A stretch of DNA of 63,873 nt, the filler included, from Octopus bimaculoides (lineage: Eukaryota): the NCBI RefSeq assembly GCF_001194135.2. It is 5 parts of 5 records of this genome, joined end to end, with 100 filler letters (N's around TTAATTAATTAA, not from the genome) between each part and the next. Parts side by side here need not be neighbours in the genome. Positions count along the whole stretch, not along the records: positions 1 to 6,950 come from NW_026348092.1; positions 7,051 to 14,508 come from NC_068992.1; 3 more parts are not named here. One strand, given 5' to 3'. The position numbers and the translations under genes were made by a program. The notes beneath the pieces were generated by a model. It was not told the DNA's origin. It ran no database searches and was given only the letters and a program-made list of their open reading frames with translations. Below, piece by piece: positions 1 through 11,770 of the stretch (positions within the stretch are counted from its first letter, which is position 1; each line of letters begins with the position of its first letter).

Positions 1-48
1 TTGGCAGAGTTTCTACAGCTGGATGCCCTTCCTAACGCCAACCACTGA
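1..48 (-). mobile_element. RTE LINE 3'-UTR fragment, truncated by the window edge
   Basis: ttggcagagtttctacagctggatgcccttcctaacgccaaccact is identical to 34861-34906 in the RTE-tail copy there. Confidence 0.75.
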
Positions 49-149
49 GACATATATACATATATATATACATCTGGTACTGAGATGATTTTAAGTGCAG
101 AAGACAAAACTGCGTATTTTCAGTGTCACTTATATAATCACTTATACAA

Positions 150-1065
150 CAGTTTAGTTATTTTATGTTTGGCCGTCCCTTCGGATGCTTCAATGATCTC
201 ACGTGAGCGCACTATTCCATCAGGATCCCCCATGCATGTTCTTAATTCGTCAACATCTGCCGTTCCGCTGTCCTGACACAAATTCCCCACATAATAAGTT
301 AATCGTTTTCTTTCCCTATTGTTTCTTCCTTCAACTAACTGCAATAAGACCAGTTGACTCACACCCTCTGCGTGCCTGACGCAATGAATAGGAATTCTCA
401 TTTTTTTCTGCTGAATTTTGTCAGTCACTTTTGGCAAATTTGAGAAAGCTATTTGTTGGTTAAATCATCTCGCCATGTAACATTCAGACCTATTCTTAAC
501 ATTTGTGTGAAGCAGTCGTCTATTTACTTCACAAGCTTTTTGGTGTGGGCCCAAGTTTCAGCACTGTGTAACAAAACTGGCTCAACAAGTGAGACAAGAG
601 ACTGATTTAATTTTCAATTTAAATGCCATCTTATAACTATAGATTTTACGCAGTTTGCGATACACTCTCAAAGCAAATGCCTTCCAGCAACAAAGTTTTC
701 AATACTTTACACCAATGTACTTGAATTTAGTAACTTCCTTAAATTCTTTTCCGTCTTTTGCAAACGGGTGATTTGCTTGCTCGGGATTTTGATTGAATGT
801 TTGGTATTCAGTCTTATCTAAGTTACAGTGCAAGCCACCTTTGAAACTTAAAATTCTAGGCTGTTTAGCACTTCCTATGACCCATGTTTCTCTTTAGAGA
901 TTAGAGGAAAATCGTCTGCGAAGTCTAGATTTATAAGTAACTTTGGTGTAACTGGCCTACTTCTCCGTCTTTCCAACTTAACTCCAGTTTCTGCTCGTTA
1001 TCGTCTGAGGTCTTGCGCATCCCGTAGTCTAGTATCTGAACATCTAAACCATGGAGAGCGTTTGT
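150..1065 (-). mobile_element. Degraded non-LTR retrotransposon (RTE-like) RT and C-terminal fragment
   Basis: Minus strand reads LDYGMRK..., LDFADDFPLIS (FADD at 911-922), then LPKVTDKIQQKKMRI...HCVRH and RERKRLTY...DELRTCM. It contains stops and frameshifts. Confidence 0.85.
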
Positions 1066-1349
1066 GATGAGTGAGTATAACGCTGCAATATTTCTGTATT
1101 CTTTATTTCTTAATGCAATCCGCTTCATATAAAATATGTATAACGAATGTGTAATTAAAATAAAATTACATTTTCACCGATAAAATGGTTATCTATTTTT
1201 CTCATTTAATTCATAAAATTTCCTGTCGAGTCACATCTTAGTTTATAAAATGCAAATCAATTGAAGAATACGTTTCTAATTACACTGTTACACATTACGG
1301 CATGATTATCCTAAGTGTGGTGCTTAGAATCGTCGTGATGTGCTTTGCA

Positions 1350-1418
<69 letters not shown>

Positions 1419-2529
1419 ATATATATACACATATGTATATAAATTTACACGCAAATAGACACACACACATATACACATGTACACACACAAATCGACACGC
1501 ATATCTTTTCTAAGGAAACTTCACAATTTCATCAATGTATCGCTTCAAATTATTGCTTGAAAATTAAAATTTTCAAAAACACTCCTAAAATAATCCACCA
1601 TTATTTGCATGATGAAGGAGATAAAGATTTTCGCCCGTTAACGCTTTCGTCTGTCATCGAGTCATCAGTGCTGAAAGCTAACGTCAGCTTAAAGGCTTCT
1701 GACAACAAGGAAAAAAATGTGCTACATTGAATCAGATCATTACTAATCTGTTTTTTTTTAAAATTTTTTGGAGACTGCCGTGATATTTTTTTTTTTTAAT
1801 TTAAAAAACATTGCCGTTGGGTGTAGGAAATTTGCTTCGCATTCATGAGACTTCGGGTTCAATTCCGCAACGTAGTATCTTGGTTGAAAGTTGTTTGTAT
1901 AATCCCAGCCCGGCCCATAACCTGTGAGTAAAATTACTTCGACTCAATCAGTGTAGAGGATTGATGAATGGAGCCTAGCTCTAATTTAATTACGCATCCG
2001 TGCCAAACCCTCTCGTTTCTGTGATCTAGATGTAGAAATGTACCATACAATTTTAAATTTGCTTACTCATATAGAAAGATGGAAAGTAAGAGACTGTGGT
2101 AACAATCAAATATAGATACGTTAAAATGGTCGTGTTCCGAGTATGCTTTTTAAAATCATTTCTATACTGATATAAAATGTGAACACCATGTAGCAGCCAT
2201 ATTAAACTACATTGGTGTATTGTTAGAATCAGTTGGAAAACTTTGCAATCAGATACAGAAATTATGCAAATTCATTTGTGAAGTGTGCAGTCTGTGGTAC
2301 GAAAGAACGGTTTAGCTTTGCCTGGTCACACTGCACGCGGAGAATACTTTATTGCCTGAAGAGCACGACGAAGTGAATGACAGAAGATTTTGTTAAAGAC
2401 AACCAGCATTGACATCAAAACCTAAAACTATTGTGTTAGAGAAGTCATTTCGCCAATTATGTTTAAGCCTTCGTGACAAAACGCATAGCTTATGCTCAAC
2501 TGAGCTGTACTGTGAGAAAAATACTTGAC

Positions 2530-2905
2530 AGCCGATACTGGTGTGTTCATGTCCCGGTAAACTAGCGGTTCGGCAAAAGAGCCGATAGAATAAGTACTAG
2601 GCTTACAAAGAATAAGTCCTGGGATCGATTTGTTCGACTAAAGGCAGTGCTGCAGCATGGCCACAGTCAAATGACTGGAACAAATAAAAGAGAAGAAACG
2701 AAAAAGAAAGATGTGTGTGTATGTATATGTTTGTGTGTCTGTGTTTGTCCCCTCATCATCGCTTGACAACCGATGTTGGTGTGTTTGCTTCCCCGTAAAA
2801 TAGCGGTTCGGCAAAATGAACCGATAGAATAAGTGCTAGGCCTAGTTCGACTAAAGGCGGTACTCCAGCATGACTGCACCCAAATGACTGAAACAAGTAA
2901 AGAAT
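2530..2905 (+). mobile_element. Two tandem 3' halves of SINE family A
   Basis: cggttcggcaaaa..ccgatagaataagt..ctagg..cgactaaaggc..cagcatg..aaatgactg occurs twice and matches the full copy at 50610-51035. Confidence 0.8.
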
Positions 2906-3330
2906 AGTATTTTATAAGTTTAAAGCTTATACGCGCTAACCGTGCAATGACTAAAGAAAATAGTCTAATAATGAAAAATATAAGCCGGCGACGGATAAAA
3001 GGTAGATATTCCCGTCTATATATATATATATNNNNNNNNNNNNNNNNNNNNNNNNNNNNNNNNNNNNNNNNNNNNNNNNNNNNNNNNNNNNNNNNNNNNN
3101 NNNNNNNNNNNNNNNNNNNNNNNNNNNNNNNNNNNNNNNNNNNNNNNNNNNNNNNNNNNNNNNNNNNNNNNNNNNNNNNNNNNNNNNNNNNNNNNNNNNN
3201 NNNNNNNNNNNNNNNNNNNNNNNNNNNNNNNNNNNNNNNNNNNNNNNNNNNNNNNNNNNNNNNNNNNNNNNNNNNNNNNNNNNNNNNNNNNNNNNNNNNN
3301 NNNNNNNNNNNNNNNNNNNNNNNNNNNNNN

Positions 3331-3366
<36 letters not shown>

Positions 3367-4343
3367 GATGGGCTACTATCAGTTTCCGTTTACCAAATCC
3401 ACTCAAAAGGCTTTGGGTGGCCCCAGTCTATAGTAGTGCCCAACGTGCCACACAGTGGGACTGAACCCGGAACCATGTGATTGCCTGCGCCTATGTATAT
3501 CAAAGTATTTTACTCTTATGTAAGTGTGTGTATTGGAATATGTCCGTGAGTGTGTGTGTGTGCGTCTGTGTGCGAGAGGGAGAGTGTGTGAGTATTTAAT
3601 CTAGTTTGGTTAATTTCCAACCAGCAGAATGTTAACCGGGGCTGATTTTTGACTGTTAAATCTGTAAGATCGAGCTTATAACTTTCTTCTCCAGCTCGTA
3701 CAAGTATTTGTTATATGAACAATGGATAAATAATTATCACCAATATATCTGCAATATAAACAAGCGTTAATATTCCCATGAAGTGTAAGCTGCAATAGGC
3801 AATAAATGTCCCGAAATTTTATTGATGCCCATATATTGAGATACACTAAGGAGTATACGTAGGCAAACTTTTGAAATTGATTACATATTTAATAACGTCA
3901 ATTCAGCTTAGCACAAAACTAATGAATTTAAGCAAGCATACATGGATAGAGAGAAATTTCCCAATGAAATGCTGCTCAAGAATACCAAAAGTCATTTTAA
4001 GTTAGATGACATTAGCTGAATTGAGAAACAAATGCACATACACAAATACACACACACACACACACACACATACACAAACACACACAAACAGAAACGAACA
4101 CTTGTGTGAGAGCACACACACATACACACACACTCATATGAATATAAACACAAAATGTATACCCCCACATGTGTATATGTATGTACTTCATACTGGCACA
4201 TGAAATTCACAGATGTATACCTATCAATTATATATGGTACATATGGTAATATATACATACATATACATACATACACACGTATACATATATATATGTGTAT
4301 ATATATATATATATATACATATATATATGTATGTATGTGTATG

Positions 4344-4420
<77 letters not shown>

Positions 4421-4874
4421 ACACACACATATATATATATATATAATAATAATAATAAGCCTATTCATGATTATTATTAAAATTGTCCATAGATGTTAGT
4501 TGTCATTTCCGATCTTTGAAAGTCATTTATTCTTCTTAATTTATTGTGGCAGGGCAAAATGCTGGTCTCTCAGCTAAACCTATTTAATAAATTTAAGAAA
4601 TATTTGACTGTCTCCGGATATGTGGATTTGTGCATGGCTGTGTTCACAAGTATGTGTAGATACATATTTTTCTCTTTCTGATCTTGCCCTGTGGGCATGA
4701 GTTCAAATCCTTTATGTTTATTTTTGTCCCATGCTTTAGTATGGCATCTGGATTTTTACTGTGCATATTTGTAGAGTTATATATGTAGAAACAAAAATTT
4801 TTACTCGATGTTTGACCAGCATATATTAATTCTTTTCGTGTGCATAGAATTATGAAGACGAATCCACAATAATC

Positions 4875-5210
4875 TTCTTAGCTAACTCTCTCTCGTCGCC
4901 TACGGCGACCGTAGTTCCAGTTGATCCCGTCAACGGAACAGCCTGCTTGTGAAATTAAAGTGCAAGTGGTTGAGTACTCCACAGAAAAGCATACTCTTAA
5001 GTTAGTTCTCAGAGAAATACGACGTGACGCAAAATGTATCAGGAGTGGCTATATCTGTTACAGGTACAACTCATTTTAGCCAGCTGAATGGACTGGAGCA
5101 ATGTAAAATATAGTATCTTGCTTAAGCACACAACGCACAGCCGAGAATGGAACTCACGACCTTATACTCGTGAGTAGAATACCAAACTAGTAAGCAACGT
5201 GCCTTCACTC
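4875..5210 (-). mobile_element. tRNA-derived SINE family C
   Basis: Shares body (atcccgtcaacggaacagc..gtgcaagt..gagtactcca..acaggta..actggag) with 54255-54530. A tRNA-like head (box B-like gagttc) lies at the right end on minus. Confidence 0.7.
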
Positions 5211-5949
5211 TTTCCAGCTAATTTCAATTGTAGAATGATTTCTAACAATATTTAAAATACCTGGTGACAGAGTAGTTCATTATAACTACCTTGTATTCTT
5301 CTTTCGTATTCTTCCACCCACGCTCGTATATCTAGGATTGAACCTTTTTAAATAGTCGGCAACATTTTAAAGAAAAACCGGCGATAAAGGATGGTATTCT
5401 TCTGATAATTTTCATGTTCGATACGCGATAATAAATATTTAAAAGTATTTTGTAACATTTGTTCTTAAAGTAGGAACAGTATCACGTTAATTACACTTCA
5501 TACAGCAAATAAATCTTATTGTTTAAGGAAACTAAGATGCGTCAATTAATAGAATCAATCCTTTACGTGAGGCACGGAACTGGCAAAATCGTTAGCAGCC
5601 GTATAAAGTCATCACGAATCCGGGAATGGAGTGAGCATGCAACACGTACCCAAATATAGCAGCGTGAGATACCTCCCCATGTTCTTAAGATATATAGAAT
5701 AGTTAATTCCAAAATTTACCTCGGCGTCAATTACAACTTTAAAACTTTTTACTGTTTTCAGGCTGCAGTAGATTTGGATAGACATATACATACGTATGTA
5801 ATAATTTTGAATCTTGGTATACACCACATTGTAATGAAGGCAGTACCTTTTCAAAAGTCCCTTGACGAGGCACATCTGCACTACAACCAGTTGTAGAGAA
5901 TTCTCATACCTATGTAGGAATGTATATATGTATATGCGAACGGATGTCT

Positions 5950-6570
5950 TTTAACTTTTACTTGTTTCAGTCATTAGACTGCGACCATGCTGGGGCACCA
6001 TCATGAAGAATTTTTTGTCGAACGAATCGATTCCAGTACTTTTTCCTTGTTTCAAAACCGGTTACTTATTCAATCGAACGCTTTTGCCAAAATGCTATGT
6101 CACAGAGACGAAAACACAGCAGCACCGATTCTCAGAGCGGGGATGGGGGCAGACGAGGTTCGTTAAGTTTCTTATTTATTTATTGCTCACAAGGAGCTAA
6201 ACATAGAGGGGACAAACAAGGACAGACAAAGGGATTAAGTCAATTACATCGAACCTAGTGCGTAACTGGTACTTATTTAATCGACCTGGAAAGGATGAAA
6301 GGCTAAGTCGACCTCGGCGGAATTTGAACTCAGAACGTAAAGACAGACGAAATACCGCTAAGCATTTCGCCCAGTGTGCTCACATTTCTGCCAGCTCGCC
6401 GCCTTATCGTTAGGGTTCGTTAAGTTTCTGTCCACCAAATCCTTTAAAACACACTCACAAGGTTTTGGTCGGTCCGAGTCCATAGTATTCCAAGGTGCCA
6501 CGATGTCAGACTCGACCCGAAATACCGTGGTTGGGAAACAAGTTTTTACCAAAGAACCATGCCTGCGCCT
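5950..6570 (-). mobile_element. SINE family A copy interrupted by a SINE family B insertion
   Basis: SINE A 3' part lies at 5950-6156 and the 5' part at 6430-6570. The 16-bp duplication ggttcgttaagtttct occurs at 6157-6172 and 6414-6429. Confidence 0.8.
6173..6413 (-). mobile_element. SINE family B, full length, with a Nin/Deu-like core and TSD
   Basis: Minus reads ggcggcgagctggcagaaatg..gagttcaaattccgccgaggtcgacttagcctttcatcctttccaggtcgattaaataagtaccag. It is flanked by the 16-bp TSD. Confidence 0.8.
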
Positions 6571-6907
6571 ATGTTTGTATAACTTTATATTATATATTGT
6601 AATGTTATACTCAATGGAAAAAGAAAAGGATGAAGAATACGGGGTAGAATTACTTTAAGAGGCGGATAAATGGTTATATATCTATAAATGTATAGAAAAA
6701 CTCGAAATCACAGAGGAGGAGCATGGGAAAACGTATTATGAGGAGGTGATAGATGCGATTGCAACAGAGCAGCAGCGAAAGACAGCCAAAGAAGATCAGT
6801 TTCCATTAAGACAATGATTAACGAGTTGATGGGAAAATATTTGAACTTGCTTGTTTGACGTTGTCCAAGTAAAATGATTAACAAACATTTGTATTAACAA
6901 ACATATG

Positions 6908-6944
<37 letters not shown>

Positions 6945-7077
6945 GTATATNNNNNNNNNNNNNNNNNNNNNNNNNNNNNNNNNNNNNNNNNNNNTTAATT
7001 AATTAANNNNNNNNNNNNNNNNNNNNNNNNNNNNNNNNNNNNNNNNNNNNTATATATATATATATATATATATATAT

Positions 7078-7499
7078 TGTACCCTTTGTCACTTCTCGTG
7101 TCGGTGGATTATTTCCTTTTTGGTTTAGAATTGCGTCAAGCCGCCTTAATTATTTCATAATTTTCACACTACCATTTTGTGAAATCACCAATTGATTCCT
7201 ATGGTATTTTCTATAACACTGACATGCGAGAATTCAGTTTCACCGCCAACAGTGAAGTGAACATTACTGATGAGTATTAGTTTCTATACGAAAATAGCAT
7301 ACTAATCTAATGCAACTCTCTTGGTGTGGAGAGGTTGCCTCCCCTGTCAGTTCAAATAGAACATGTGGTTTATGTGGCTAAAGAGTTTATGACTCTTATT
7401 TCTTGCAACGCCGGTGCTCACTGTACCCTTGGTCACTTTTAGTGACTGTGAATTATTTCCTTTTTAGTTTAAAATTTCGTCTACCCACCTTAATTATTT
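7078..7499 (+). repeat. 344-bp period repeat unit (78-bp direct repeats) carrying a hammerhead ribozyme; retrozyme/PLE-like
   Basis: 7078-7155 and 7422-7499 align without gaps (first 60 nt 51/60 identical). The unit is flanked by (TA)n and N gaps. Confidence 0.7.
7262..7312 (+). ncRNA. Type I hammerhead ribozyme, near-canonical
   Basis: Stem I CATTA(7262-66)/TAATG(7308-12); CTGATGA 7267-73; stem II GTAT../..ATAC 7274-89; GAAA 7290-93; stem III TAG-cata-CTA; ATC triplet 7305-07. There is one A-A mismatch at 15.2/16.2. Confidence 0.65.
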
Positions 7500-8213
7500 T
7501 ATATATTATATATATCATATATATATATNNNNNNNNNNNNNNNNNNNNNNNNNNNNNNNNNNNNNNNNNNNNNNNNNNNNNNNNNNNNNNNNNNNNNNNN
7601 NNNNNNNNNNNNNNNNNNNNNNNNNNNNNNNNNNNNNNNNNNNNNNNNNNNNNNNNNNNNNNNNNNNNNNNNNNNNNNNNNNNNNNNNNNNNNNNNNNNN
7701 NNNNNNNNNNNNNNNNNNNNNNNNNNNNNNNNNNNNNNNNNNNNNNNNNNNNNNNNNNNNNNNNNNNNNNNNNNNNNNNNNNNNNNNNNNNNNNNNNNNN
7801 NNNNNNNNNNNNNNNNNNNNNNNNNNNNNNNNNNNNNNNNNNNNNNNNNNNNNNNNNNNNNNNNNNNNNNNNNNNNNNNNNNNNNNNNNNNNNNNNNNNN
7901 NNNNNNNNNNNNNNNNNNNNNNNNNNNNNNNNNNNNNNNNNNNNNNNNNNNNNNNNNNNNNNNNNNNNNNNNNNNNNNNNNNNNNNNNNNNNNNNNNNNN
8001 NNNNNNNNNNNNNNNNNNNNNNNNNNNNNNNNNNNNNNNNNNNNNNNNNNNNNNNNNNNNNNNNNNNNNNNNNNNNNNNNNNNNNNNNNNNNNNNNNNNN
8101 NNNNNNNNNNNNNNNNNNNNNNNNNNNNNNNNNNNNNNNNNNNNNNNNNNNNNNNNNNNNNNNNNNNNNNNNNNNNNNNNNNNNNNNNNNNNNNNNNNNN
8201 NNNNNNNNNNNNN

Positions 8214-8280
8214 CCGGAACGGGAACGTGAAACTCAGAGTAACGGTTTTTTTGTTATATTTCTGCTGCTTTTAAATAAAG
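8214..8280 (+). repeat. PLE-like terminal repeat with the 3' half of a hammerhead-like motif
   Basis: ccggaacgggaacgtgaaactcagagtaacggttttttgttatatttctgctgcttttaaataaag is nearly identical to 22914-22981. Confidence 0.6.
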
Positions 8281-8383
8281 TATATATATATATAGATTGA
8301 TAGATAGATAGATAGATATACACAGACATGCACACACGTATATATGCATGTGTATATAAATACATATATATATTTATATATAT

Positions 8384-9222
8384 TTCTCATTTTGTCCACG
8401 TTTTTTTTTGTGGCGTCCTGTACCCAGATATGCATCTATATATACATGTAGATGTAGGCATGTACATACATGTACGTATATATGCACATACTCACATATT
8501 ATTTATATTATTACATGATCGAATGCTCGCGTCATCTTTGCAAGTAAGTTTTAACTTTATACTTCTGACGCGACTCTATCTTTGTATCTTTTTCCCCCTC
8601 TCGTTCTTCGTTCTGTTGTTCTTCGCCTCTCCCCTTCACTACTATATCTCTCTCTTCCTCCCTGTCTCTCGTTGCTCACCTACATTTTACTTCCTGCCCT
8701 TTTTTTTCTCTCTGCCACTGTTTCTCCTTACCCCTCGCTGGTCACATGTGTCCGCTACTGCTTCCTTTCTTATCGTGGCCACTGCCAAGCTCGCACGAAC
8801 ATTCTTCTTCTCTATTCCTTTCAGTTCGTCACATCATAGCGTTCAGTATACATATGTATTTTTTCATGTCTGGCCTTATAGCCCTGCTTGTTTATTTTCA
8901 CTGTTTCGTTTTCCTGTCGTGTTTTCTGTTCGCCACGATATTCCTCCGCATTACCAGTTATTTTTGTTTCCGCGGGAAGAGCCATTCTAACAATGCGTCC
9001 TGCCCTAACTCTTCGAAACGCTCAGTTTTAGAATGGTGTCAGCTGATGAAGGAAATGTTCTCTATGTGGCCTGTTTGTTTTCTGTGCTCTGTTTAGGTTG
9101 TGTTTCTCATTTTGTGCACGTTTTTTTGTGACGTCCTGTACCCAGATATGCATCTATATATACATGTAGATGTAGGTGTGTACATACATGTACGTATATA
9201 TGCATATACTCACATATTATTT
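8384..9222 (+). mobile_element. Penelope-like element remnant with a partial tandem direct repeat
   Basis: A ~120-bp direct repeat lies at 8384-8504 and 9104-9222. A ctgatgaagg motif is near 9040, and the body is pyrimidine-rich. The PLE assignment is inference. Confidence 0.45.
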
Positions 9223-9223
9223 G

Positions 9224-9264
<41 letters not shown>

Positions 9265-11519
9265 CATACATAAATACGTATATATACATCCATTCAACAT
9301 ACCTCGAGAAACTGATATATAGTTTAATAGTTGGAAGGGTCAGATATTTTGATGTAATATAGAGCTATGCTCGAAACGTCAAAAACACTCTCTTTTTACT
9401 GAGCGCCAAACTAATACATTCCTTGTGCACGTCCTCTTATCTGTTATTGTTAATTTTATTGTTCGTTTATTTTAATTAACTATGTATATATATATATATA
9501 TATACATACTTACATATACATGTAGAAATTCAAAGTTTAGGTCACTTGTATTTGCGCATGCACCTAAACCGTAATCCGATAATGAACACTTCGCTCCATC
9601 TGTGAATGCGTTACCGGGAGTCCATTAGAAACTTGTATTTTTTTAAAATTGTATTGGAAATACATGTATGTGTGTGTGTGTGTGTGTGCTTGGCGTCTGG
9701 TCTTGGTGTGTTTATGTCCCTGTAGCTTAGTGGTTCGGCGAAAGAGACGTTAAAATAAGTACCAGGCTAAAATTTTCGACTAAAAGTTCTTGAAGGCAGT
9801 GCCCGGCAAGGCCAGAGCCTAATGACGGGAACAAGTAATATATAAAAGATAATATATAAAATCTTTCTTCATTTCACCACAAATAATTGATAAGATAAAC
9901 CATTTTGATTGAAATTCGATTAAAGTAAGCTATTCTCGTACAAATCTTGCAAATTCAGTTTTTAATCATAAATCCTTTTCAACAACAATTATATAACCGT
10001 TTCCACATGTAACTCCATTTCACTAAACATATGCCAGTTGAGGTTAATTTTATTTCATACATTTGAATATGATGTACCAGATAGCAAACACATAAGAACT
10101 GTGTAGATTTATTGCATTAGGCAATAGTTTCTTTAAACTTTGTTTCTATGAACATATTCATACATTGACGGAAAAAATCCGCACATATTAGTTTTCTACA
10201 AGAAACAGTACGGTCAACTGTAGATTACTCAGCACAATTTTCGGTTCAAATGCAAGCTATAAAAGTGAAATTATCGAAATGTTTTCAAGATATCTCCAGA
10301 TAAAACTAACAATGTGAGAAGTTACGCTGTCATAGATAGATCTAGAAGTATATACTTTGTAATTATGTACAGGCTGATTGAAATAGAATTATATATTACT
10401 TTTCGTTGAATGTTCAGAAAACTTGAATACCAAGAATTTTTACTCTTGAGATTTTGTACAAGTAGGCAAGTGTCATCATGTTTATATTTTTGCATAAATA
10501 CGGATTTTTAATACAAGCTTATTTTTTTATACATATATCGTTTTGAAAAATTTATCTCTGTGCTAAGTTCTCTCCTTTATTTTTGTTAAGTTTCCGTTCT
10601 TTCATGGTAATAAGCAAGCGTTTTATTTGTTGTAAGCTTATTAAATACCACATTTAATGTTTCATTCTTATATAATTGCCTGAAAATGGTGATGCCTCAG
10701 TTCCAAAATGTATGTATACGTATGTATGTATGTATGTATGTATGTATACGTATGTATGTGTTTGTAGTGCGCGCGTGCGTTTTTAATATATTATATTATA
10801 GGGAATTACGTGTACTAAATAAATCAAGATGCATTCTTTCAAAATAGCCAATAAATATCCTTCTCCTGTTATGAATGTGAGAAATTTAGCAGTATGAATG
10901 TGTAGCTATGTTTTATACATGCCAGAGTTGTCGCTAATTTTAAAGCCAATGGATCTACTGGGATCCGTTGAAAATTTGAATTGTTTCTATTTCATTGAAC
11001 CCATTGCTAACCTCTCTCTCCACGAAGAAATATTTCCTTTATATCCGCAGAATATTTAATCCTATTATTGTAGCCCGTTTCTGAACTTAATGATTATCAT
11101 CTGAGTTTGAGAGTTCAGTGCTTCGCGTGTATAGATATTATACATAAAGAGATAGTATGTTAGATTGATCGCAGTTGTTTTCAATGGTTTTGATAGTATG
11201 GCAACTCCAGAATGCTTAAAAAGCAGTGATGTTCTCAGTGATCACTATATACCATACCTGTATAATTTTACAACACTTTTAAAGCATAGACTTATGGAAA
11301 TGGTATATATAGAATATCTATTTATATTTGCCACGGATTATTTTCTACATATTTTGTTCAATTTTTTTTTTTTTGCTTTTATATTATTGCTATGGAATTT
11401 TATTTTCTATTTGCTAAATTGTTGCTCCTAAGTTGCTTTCGCAATGTCTACGAAATATTTATTCCATCACACACGTACAAACAGAACACATAGTTACATG
11501 TGGAAGCAGCATCAAAAAC

Positions 11520-11770
11520 ACTGACGTAAGAACACGAACGCACGCAGAACTGAGAGGTCACGTAATTTGCCCAGTTTTGGACTCCTCAGTTGTAGACATC
11601 CGATAGCAACATAACGGCCGAATATCACCGAACGATATATAGAGTTTCGGTGTCGCTTCAGGCACTGATATCGCAAGTTCGGTAGCAGACGATTCTCGTC
11701 TGTCAATGTTATAAATACGAGTGCTTTTATGCACCGCTAGTCCATATGAAAGGTTCTCTCAAGGTAAATA
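11520..11770 (+). promoter_or_regulatory. Candidate promoter and first exon of a plus-strand gene
   Basis: Locally CpG-rich island with TGACGTAA at 11522 and GGTCACGT at 11556. ATG AAA GGT TCT CTC AAG|gtaaat gives a donor at 11764, upstream of the CpG-depleted domain. Confidence 0.3.

Noticed and set aside
6995-7006. ttaattaattaa embedded in N runs (also 14553-14564, 35014-35025, 62077-62088)
   Set aside because: It is always centred in a ~100-nt gap and gives stops in all six frames. It is a scaffolding linker, not biology and not a piggyBac site.
2947-8230. Long ORFs in the track containing X runs or YI/HT/CV repeats (also 44840-47347, 62570-63349)
   Set aside because: They are artefacts of N gaps and (TA)n/(CA)n microsatellites.
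8328-9096. 220-aa hydrophobic ORF resembling a membrane protein
   Set aside because: It is the translation of a pyrimidine-rich repeat body bracketed by direct repeats, with no recognisable domain.
11565-11595. Minus-strand CTGAGGA-GTCC..GGGC-AAA near-hammerhead
   Set aside because: It lacks G12 and convincing stems I and III, and is likely chance.
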